This document shows positions 15,200-22,205 of a DNA stretch of 27,150 bases, in pieces. Below the pieces are notes generated by a model. It searched no databases. It was not told the DNA's origin and saw only the letters and a list, made by a program, of their open reading frames with translations. A program made the position numbers and the translations under genes. Position 1 is the first letter of the stretch, and each line of letters starts with the position of its first letter. The stretch covers positions 1-27,150 of the IMG/VR virus record IMGVR_UViG_3300025389_000097. The stretch is one strand, 5' to 3'. This DNA comes from a virus. Taxonomy: Duplodnaviria; Caudoviricetes.

Positions 15200-15724
15200 A
15201 TGGTTGATTTTAAAGTCACAGATGAATTGGAAGATGGCGTCATGCAAAGCGGCGGGTTGGCTGAAGACAGTCCACTTGCCGCTTTGCGTGACCGTCGTGC
15301 ACAGATTGTAAATAATCTGTACACAGATATTAAAGTCCCTCGTTGGGACGAACCAGAATTGTACGTTCGATTTAAGCCAGTGTCAGCAGTAAAGCTGAAC
15401 AAGGCAATTGAGCGTCGCCGCAAGGTCGGCGGAGAAGATTGGTCGTTGCTCGCCAATGCAGACATGCTCATTGAGGCATGCATTGGAGTTTACGCCGTTG
15501 TTGATGGAGACACCGACAATAAGCTATCTCTCAAGGTCAATGACGCTAAAGGCTCATGGACAAAGTTTGATTCAGATCTTTCTGAGGCAATCGGTCTTGA
15601 TGCAGTTAGAGCAACTGATGTTGTTCTTGGCGTTTACCTTACAGAAGGTGACCTAATTGACACCGCAAACAAACTCTTTAAATGGAGTGGTATTGCCGGT
15701 GACGACGCTGACGAAAGTTTTTAA
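15200..15724 (+). CDS. Tail assembly chaperone (G-type, 174 aa)
   Basis: Acidic protein between tube and tape measure. Start moved to ATG 15200 after SD GGAGGA. Ends in a T-run at its stop codon. Confidence 0.8.
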   Translation: MVDFKVTDELEDGVMQSGGLAEDSPLAALRDRRAQIVNNLYTDIKVPRWDEPELYVRFKPVSAVKLNKAIERRRKVGGEDWSLLANADMLIEACIGVYAVVDGDTDNKLSLKVNDAKGSWTKFDSDLSEAIGLDAVRATDVVLGVYLTEGDLIDTANKLFKWSGIAGDDADESF

Positions 15725-15948
15725 AAGCCCTGGATGACGACCCGTACATAGAGGCGGGCGCATATGCAGCATTACTGGGAATGGACCCTTACAAGGTCAT
15801 CACTCAGGGCCATGAAGATTACTTGATATCAATTGCCTTGATGAAAAAGGCTATGAAATTAAGCAGTGAACAAAAATCAGAGGAAATAAAAGTTCTTGCG
15901 GAATTGACTGGTCTAGAAGTCGCAAAGGTTCTTGCGAAAATCTTCTAA
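15721..15948 (+). CDS. Frameshift extension of tail assembly chaperone (T-type segment, 75 aa, -1 frame)
   Basis: The -1 frame is open from 15712 to TAA 15948 (LKALDDDPYIEAGAYAALLGMDPY...KVLAKIF) and overlaps the chaperone stop at AGT TTT TAA. This is the canonical position for G/GT frameshifting. Confidence 0.72.
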   Translation, partial: LKALDDDPYIEAGAYAALLGMDPYKVITQGHEDYLISIALMKKAMKLSSEQKSEEIKVLAELTGLEVAKVLAKIF

Positions 15949-15982
15949 CAGCCTTCCGCCAATATAGAAGGCGGCAAACAAC

Positions 15983-16016
15983 AAACCGCTATCCCTTTGG
16001 GGGTAGCGGTTTTTTT
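15983..16016 (+). terminator. Intrinsic terminator upstream of the tape measure gene
   Basis: accgctatccc-tttg-ggggtagcggt (11-bp stem, one G-U pair) followed by a T7 run (16010-16016). Confidence 0.8.
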
Positions 16017-16027
16017 GTTGAGTTTAC

Positions 16028-19000
16028 ATGGTAACAGAAGCTAATAACTTAGAATTTATTATGAAATTGTTCGGTAGCGCAGAAGTCGCTGCCGGGCTTG
16101 ACCGCGTTATTAAAGGAATTGACGGAACGTCAGTATCTGCCGACGGAGCCGCCGTATCGGTTGACAGGTTTGATCAAACTCTTCGAGTCCTTGCAGGTGC
16201 TCTTGACAGAGACATTGTAGCTTCTGACAGGGCTGCAAAAGCCAACGCTGGATTAGGTGACTCATACAAATTTGTTGCCGTATCTGCTGATCAATCAGTT
16301 GCCAGCATTAATGCTTCTACAGCTGCTTATGAAAGAAACGCCGCTGCTGCTGCTTCAGCATCTGGTGGAATGCGCAATATTATTAATGGTACAACCGCAA
16401 CTGGACTTATTAAAGCCAGTAAGTGGATTGCGGGTGGTGCACTTTTAACTGGATACGAAAGTATTAAAAAGTACATGAGTTTCCAACAAACGGTTACTCA
16501 AAGTATTACTCAAGCAGGTGTGCCTCTTGCTGATCAAAAAGCAATTATGTCAGGTTTGCTTGACATCAGTACAAAAACTGGTGAAAAAGCTAATGACATG
16601 GCTTCTACATTCTATCGTGTTGCATCTTCACTAGCGGGAACACACACACCGCTTAAAAGGATGCTTGAAATTTCTACTGCAATTGCTAAATTAAATGTTT
16701 TGGGTAATGTTCCAGCGGGTGCACAATCTGAAAACACCGCTCGTGTTGTTATGTCAATTTACAACGCTAACCTAAAAGGAACAGGGCGCGACCTTACAAA
16801 AATTATTGGAACTTCTTCTGCAATTGCTGGTTCTGCTGACGCATACATTAAAGACGTTTCTTCAGCTTTTGGTAATGGACTTTTAGCCGCAGCGCAACAG
16901 CAGGGTTTGAGTATGGCTGATGCCGGTGCCATCTTTGCTGCCTACACCAAACTTGGTATGAAGCCAGCATCTGCCGGTGTTTATGCCACCCGTTCTATTA
17001 CGCAGTTGTTTAGCCCAACGGTTCAAGGTGAAAAAGGACTTCAAATGCTTGGCATTGATCCTTTTAAGATTAAAGAAATTCAAGACAAGCAGGGTTTTCC
17101 AGCCGTTCTTCAATATCTAAACAAACAACTTCAAGGACCACTTTCTCCTTTGCCAACATACGCAAAGTACAAAGGATCAACTGGTTCCGCTGCTGCTTTT
17201 AAACAATTAAACACGTGGTTTAACGGTGCGCTTTCTCAAACTTTCCAAAATCAATTGGGTGAAAACGTAACAGGCGCACAATTTAAAGCACAACTTGCAG
17301 CAGATCTTAAATCCGGAAAGGGAATAACGCCACAAGAAATGGACGTTGTTCGCAACATGATGATTACCCGTATGTTTGGTGGTCAGCGTGGTTCGGTACA
17401 GATTGCTGCACTTCTTAACAACTTGCCTAGTATTTTGGCTGCTGCTGGAAACATTGCAAAAAATACAGACCCTAAAAAAGTAAATGAACTTACTAAAATT
17501 GCTTTAAACACTCCTGGTCAACAATTTAAAATAATTGAAGCAAAAATTTCTGCTGACTTTATTAAAATTGGTGAAATTATAACTCCAATATTTCTTAAAA
17601 TTGCAAAAGCAGTTGTTGGGGTTTTTGACGTTTTTTCAAGGTTTAAATGGGTTGTTAAAGAAGTTGTTGGTGTCCTTGCAGAAATTCTTATTTTAGGAAC
17701 AACTCTTAAAGCAATTAGAACCGTTTTAAAAGTATCTGATTTCTTTAGAAATATGTCAAGGACTAAACTTCGAGACGCTGTTACAAACGCCAAGGCCACA
17801 GAACCAATTGTTACAGCAGGCGTAGAAATGCAAGGCGCTGCTAAGGTCCAAGCAGACGCTGCAGCGGTTCAACTTAGAGCCGCAGAAATGCTCTCTATGG
17901 GAGGACGCGGTGGCGCAATGGGGGCAGTAAGCGCCGCAGAAAGCCGTGCCATGGCGGGTAGAGGGCTTTATGTTCCAACAGCCTCTTTTCCTGGTCGCAA
18001 GCCAATAGGAAGAGCTTACGCAGAAACAAACAATGCCTCCCGCGCTGCAATGTCATCAACAGCATATATGAGTCAAACCGAACGTGGAGTAGCAAAAGTT
18101 GCCGAAGGTGAGGCAATTAAAACTGCTGAAAAACGTGGAATTGGAATGGCTCTTAAAGGAGCAATGGGCAGTGCCTTAGACATGGCTATGGGCCCAATGG
18201 GAATGGCTGCAATGATGCTTGCACCAATGGCTATTCCTCTTATTGGAAAATTAGGAAGTTGGCTTTTTGGCGGCGGTGGCGGTACTTCAAAACCAGTAAA
18301 TGCAGCAACGCAAACCTCACTTCAAAAAGCAACAGCTGCGGCACAAAAACAAATAGCAAAAGATCAAGCCCTTTTAAAGAAAAACCCAAACGATCTGAAT
18401 ACGCTTACCGACCTATACTCACAACAAGCAATAGTTGATAGAAACACCGGCAATCTTCACGGCAAACAATTAGCAAACAATTTTGCCTACTTGGTTCAAT
18501 CTGCATTGCCAAAAATAACCATGAGAGGGCAAATTCCACAAACATCTGGTGCAAATCAAGCAGAACTAGATAAATTAACTGCTCAAATGAAAGCAAATCC
18601 TGCATTTGCTCGCTATGTAAAACAAATTCGCCCTCTTGTCTATGGACAACTTATGGGTTTTGCCGTAAATGAACTTTCAACAAAAAATGCAACACTTGCG
18701 CAAGCTGGTTTTGAAAATTTTGTATCAAATAGAAACCAAAGAGATTCAACAGCTCTTGGATACGTTACGGATAAATCAAAGCCACTTAAAGCAAGATTGC
18801 AAGAAGGAATGCAAGCATCTCTTGGCATGGAACAAACAATGCGAACTGAGCTTAATCTTTCTAAAACCGCTGGAACCGCAGCAGTTCGTAAAGAATACTT
18901 AGCAGCGTATGAAAATACAAGAAGTAATTATGGTCAATTGCAAAAAGACATTGCTCAATTGTCTAAAGACAACAAGGGTCAAATAACACCAAAAGTTATT

Positions 19001-19129
19001 TCTGATCTTGCAAAACAAATTGCCACTGAAAACAAACAAATTTACACCGAACTTGGATTTAGTTCTACTCAATTTGCTCAAGCGGTTACTGCCGCGCTTG
19101 CAGGCACCGGACACTGGAAGGTTGGTTAA
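16028..19129 (+). CDS. Tail tape measure protein (1033 aa)
   Basis: Long Ala/Gly-rich helical ORF after the chaperones, with a tape-measure core region (FYRVAS, LGMKPASAG, LQMLGI, MFGG) and hydrophobic segments. Confidence 0.9.
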   Translation: MVTEANNLEFIMKLFGSAEVAAGLDRVIKGIDGTSVSADGAAVSVDRFDQTLRVLAGALDRDIVASDRAAKANAGLGDSYKFVAVSADQSVASINASTAAYERNAAAAASASGGMRNIINGTTATGLIKASKWIAGGALLTGYESIKKYMSFQQTVTQSITQAGVPLADQKAIMSGLLDISTKTGEKANDMASTFYRVASSLAGTHTPLKRMLEISTAIAKLNVLGNVPAGAQSENTARVVMSIYNANLKGTGRDLTKIIGTSSAIAGSADAYIKDVSSAFGNGLLAAAQQQGLSMADAGAIFAAYTKLGMKPASAGVYATRSITQLFSPTVQGEKGLQMLGIDPFKIKEIQDKQGFPAVLQYLNKQLQGPLSPLPTYAKYKGSTGSAAAFKQLNTWFNGALSQTFQNQLGENVTGAQFKAQLAADLKSGKGITPQEMDVVRNMMITRMFGGQRGSVQIAALLNNLPSILAAAGNIAKNTDPKKVNELTKIALNTPGQQFKIIEAKISADFIKIGEIITPIFLKIAKAVVGVFDVFSRFKWVVKEVVGVLAEILILGTTLKAIRTVLKVSDFFRNMSRTKLRDAVTNAKATEPIVTAGVEMQGAAKVQADAAAVQLRAAEMLSMGGRGGAMGAVSAAESRAMAGRGLYVPTASFPGRKPIGRAYAETNNASRAAMSSTAYMSQTERGVAKVAEGEAIKTAEKRGIGMALKGAMGSALDMAMGPMGMAAMMLAPMAIPLIGKLGSWLFGGGGGTSKPVNAATQTSLQKATAAAQKQIAKDQALLKKNPNDLNTLTDLYSQQAIVDRNTGNLHGKQLANNFAYLVQSALPKITMRGQIPQTSGANQAELDKLTAQMKANPAFARYVKQIRPLVYGQLMGFAVNELSTKNATLAQAGFENFVSNRNQRDSTALGYVTDKSKPLKARLQEGMQASLGMEQTMRTELNLSKTAGTAAVRKEYLAAYENTRSNYGQLQKDIAQLSKDNKGQITPKVISDLAKQIATENKQIYTELGFSSTQFAQAVTAALAGTGHWKVG

Positions 19130-19131
19130 TT

Positions 19132-19968
19132 ATGGCTAATATAAATACACTTGTAACATTGACACCAATAACCGGCCCAACAACCGGGTCTTACGCTCCT
19201 GTGGTTATGTCGTTAATTGATCACGGAGGTTTTTCACCCAGTAGTAGTAGCGGTGGATGGCAGGTTGTTGACCGCCCAAAGAGTGCCGCAGCAACACAGT
19301 GGTTTGACAGGTCGCCTTGGCAACTTAAATTTGATGCTTATCTTGACAAATCAATAACAACTATTACCCCAGTTACACCTCCATCAACCACACAAGTGAC
19401 TTCATATTTTGATGGTGCAGCGCCCATAGCTGCTGTTGCCGGTGCTCAAGGCGCACAATCAGTGGCTGATACAGGTGTTATAGGAGAGTCTATTGAAGAC
19501 TACTGTTCACAACTTGAGTCATGGTTAAACCCAGTTTCTGGAACATATCAACCACCAATTATTAAAATTGATGCAAAACCACTTCCCGGAAAATCAATTA
19601 AATACTGGATTCTTTATGGTCTTGATTTTGGAGAGTCTGTTAGAAATACCATTGACGGAGAACGTGTTCAGCAAAAAGTAAGCATTACTCTTTACGAGTA
19701 TCTTCCACCTCTTTCATCAGGATATGACATTTACGGCATTACTGATAATGTAAGTCTTTTTAACTCATACATAGCCAACTCAGGAAGTACAACTACTGTT
19801 TCATCAAATTACTACCAAGTAAAGAAAACAGACACTTTGCAAAGTATTGCAACTGCGCATAAAACCACGGTAGGACAACTTGTTCTTCTTAATAGTGGAG
19901 TTTCTGCAAGTCAAGGTAAAAATTTTGGTAAAATTTATGCAGGTTCTTCATTACTGCTTCCTTCCTAG
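19132..19968 (+). CDS. Baseplate tube-initiator-like protein with C-terminal LysM domain
   Basis: GGWQVVDRP..., ITLYEY, and LysM motif YQVKKTDTLQSIA...LVLLN...IYAGSSLLLP. Position after tape measure. Confidence 0.82.
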   Translation: MANINTLVTLTPITGPTTGSYAPVVMSLIDHGGFSPSSSSGGWQVVDRPKSAAATQWFDRSPWQLKFDAYLDKSITTITPVTPPSTTQVTSYFDGAAPIAAVAGAQGAQSVADTGVIGESIEDYCSQLESWLNPVSGTYQPPIIKIDAKPLPGKSIKYWILYGLDFGESVRNTIDGERVQQKVSITLYEYLPPLSSGYDIYGITDNVSLFNSYIANSGSTTTVSSNYYQVKKTDTLQSIATAHKTTVGQLVLLNSGVSASQGKNFGKIYAGSSLLLPS

Positions 19969-19980
19969 TAGGATATTGAA

Positions 19981-20952
19981 ATGGCATCTCCATCAGGGTT
20001 CAACCCTATAAATCTTGGCTCAATTATTTTGGGCAATCAACAAATGGACTCTACCTATAAAGACTCCATTATTGACATGTTTATTCAAAGAAACCTAACT
20101 GGTGTTTCTATTGTTACCATGCAGTTGGCAGACCCATATAGAAAACTTCTTCAAACTATTATTAGGGCAAATTCAAGTTTGATAATTGATGGCCTTGAGT
20201 ACACTCTTGTTCAAACAATGAAAGCTTCTGACCAAATTCAATTGGTTTTTGAATCTGCTCTTGTTCACAAACTAAGGCTTCTTCACGGTCAAACGCAACA
20301 ACAGGTAGGATACAACATTACAACCTTTATTCAAGGACTTGTTGAAGAGGCGGGCGGAAAGTTGTATGGACCAGACTATGAAAAGTCTTGGCCATACCTT
20401 ACAAAGCAACCTATTTATAAACTTGCCCTAGCTCGCGGAACAACAGCAGACAAAAACGAAAACTCATGGACATGTATGAGTCGTCTGGCCTCAAGTATTG
20501 GATGGCGACTTTGGGAAAGCGCGGGAGCAATTTTCTTTGGTCCAGATGAATACTGGTTAGGCAATATAGCGGGTCCTAATTATACGGCAGGATCACCGCC
20601 AATTAACAAAGCTCTCGGTACTACGGGAGTCAATCTTCCTGTCATGCAGGAATTTACTCAAGAAGTTCAACTTATTGACTTTGACTGGGACATTGGAAAG
20701 CCGTACGGACAAGCTACGGCAACTGTAATGCTGGACACTTTTAATTACAACATTGGTGAGGTCGTTCAACTAAAGAATATGGGACCAGCAGACGGCTACT
20801 GGATTGTTGCGGGAATGCAAAGAAACATGTTTATGCCACAGGCAACAGTAACGCTTCAAATTCCAATGCCTCTTGATCAATACATTGTTCCTACATCTTT
20901 GGCAATTAGTGGAAAACCACTTCAACCAATAACGAAAGCCATTTTAAAATGA
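19981..20952 (+). CDS. Baseplate hub protein (gp27/gp44/gpD-like)
   Basis: ENSWTCMSRLASSIGWRLW, IFFG and IGEVVQLKNMGPADGYWIV motifs, plus position. Confidence 0.78.
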   Translation: MASPSGFNPINLGSIILGNQQMDSTYKDSIIDMFIQRNLTGVSIVTMQLADPYRKLLQTIIRANSSLIIDGLEYTLVQTMKASDQIQLVFESALVHKLRLLHGQTQQQVGYNITTFIQGLVEEAGGKLYGPDYEKSWPYLTKQPIYKLALARGTTADKNENSWTCMSRLASSIGWRLWESAGAIFFGPDEYWLGNIAGPNYTAGSPPINKALGTTGVNLPVMQEFTQEVQLIDFDWDIGKPYGQATATVMLDTFNYNIGEVVQLKNMGPADGYWIVAGMQRNMFMPQATVTLQIPMPLDQYIVPTSLAISGKPLQPITKAILK

Positions 20953-21425
20953 ATTACGTTACAAACGATCCAAATGTAATTATTCAAAGAATAGCAAAAG
21001 CTCAATTTGGTCACACACTTGTAAGTGTTCCTCAGTTTCATGGTTCTTATTACGCAACCGTAGTTGACACTGACGCCACTAACAAGGCTGTTAGCAAAGG
21101 ACACATGCGTGTCACAATTCCCTCACTAAGTCAAACTGAAGTTTGGGAAGAAATACCCTATCTTGGTGTTCATGCTCCGCCAAATAAAACAACAGCCGTT
21201 GTTGCTTTTGAGCAAGGAAGTCAAAAGCCTATTTGTCACGGTTTTGTTGGACATCAGCCAGGACAGCTTATTTATGGATCTGGCGCACCCAGCAGCTCAA
21301 AGGGAAATATTGGCGACACATACATCAATGTTGCTAATTCACAGATTTATGGACCCAAGACCACTTCCGGGTGGGGAGCGGGAACTCAGATGCACATACC
21401 AAAGGCAGACGTAACGGGACTTTAA
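20949..21425 (+). CDS. Baseplate spike (gpV/gp5 OB-fold) protein
   Basis: YYATVVD...GHMRVTIP...W...PP....VVAFEQG..KPI OB-fold pattern. ATGA overlap with the hub. Confidence 0.75.
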   Translation: MNYVTNDPNVIIQRIAKAQFGHTLVSVPQFHGSYYATVVDTDATNKAVSKGHMRVTIPSLSQTEVWEEIPYLGVHAPPNKTTAVVAFEQGSQKPICHGFVGHQPGQLIYGSGAPSSSKGNIGDTYINVANSQIYGPKTTSGWGAGTQMHIPKADVTGL

Positions 21426-21449
21426 ACCCTTGCATTGGTATGGTACAAT
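21421..21449 (+). promoter_or_regulatory. Possible internal promoter before the baseplate wedge genes
   Basis: Extended -10 TGG-TACAAT (21441-21449) with TTTAAA 17 nt upstream, in a 75-bp intergenic gap. Confidence 0.35.
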
Positions 21450-21500
21450 ACTTATTGGACCGTTTAATTTGGGAGTCAACGCCCAAAATTAGGAAACCTT

Positions 21501-22205
21501 ATGGCAGAGCCTGTAACTAACTTAACTGCACTGTGGGTGCAAGATTCAGGAATCCAATTATCTTGGACCGCTGCTCCAGACGTTACAAATGAATCTTCAT
21601 ATGAGATATATGCGTTGAAGAATCAACCAATGGTTGACTTCCCAATTAATTATGAATACTTTCAATTTACGCAAGTAAAACCATCAGTTGTAAAACTAAA
21701 TGGTCAAGCAAACTACACTCTGCAAGCTCCAGTTACAACCGCCATTTTCCCTTGGTCTTCGGTGTTGTCTTTGGGAAAATCCGGAGAGCCACCACTGGCT
21801 GTAACAATTGCCATTGTTCACACTGACTATCAAAACGTTGAAAGCGTTAACACAACAGTTACCGCCTACAGACCAAAAATTACAAATAGCGTAGTTGTTC
21901 CGCACCTACAAAACTCAATGGCTTTTGATTCAAATTATGGAAATGTCATTGTTAATACACAAGACTCGAATGTTGAAATTACCTCAAGTGTTGAATTTCT
22001 TCTTGGATCGGTTATAGGGCAACGACCAGCTTCTCCAAACTACGGTATTGAGGATATCCCTTTGTCACAAATAAACGTTTCAGATATTAAAAGCGCTATT
22101 TCTAGGTGGGAACCTAGAGCAAAAACTAACGTAAGCATTGCCTACGATAACTATAACAATGCCATTCTGAACGTCTCGGTTCAAAATAATGGAGGGGGAC
22201 AATGA
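21501..22205 (+). CDS. Baseplate wedge gp25/gpW-like protein with N-terminal FN3-like domain
   Basis: C-half has LLGSVIGQRPASPNYG...ISRWEPRA. N-half starts PVTNLTA...IQLSWTA...SYEIY. Confidence 0.8.
   Translation: MAEPVTNLTALWVQDSGIQLSWTAAPDVTNESSYEIYALKNQPMVDFPINYEYFQFTQVKPSVVKLNGQANYTLQAPVTTAIFPWSSVLSLGKSGEPPLAVTIAIVHTDYQNVESVNTTVTAYRPKITNSVVVPHLQNSMAFDSNYGNVIVNTQDSNVEITSSVEFLLGSVIGQRPASPNYGIEDIPLSQINVSDIKSAISRWEPRAKTNVSIAYDNYNNAILNVSVQNNGGGQ

Noticed and set aside
2556-19129. Introns, inteins or stop-codon reassignment in large genes
   Set aside because: Genes are uninterrupted in the standard code, and I see no intein or homing endonuclease motifs.
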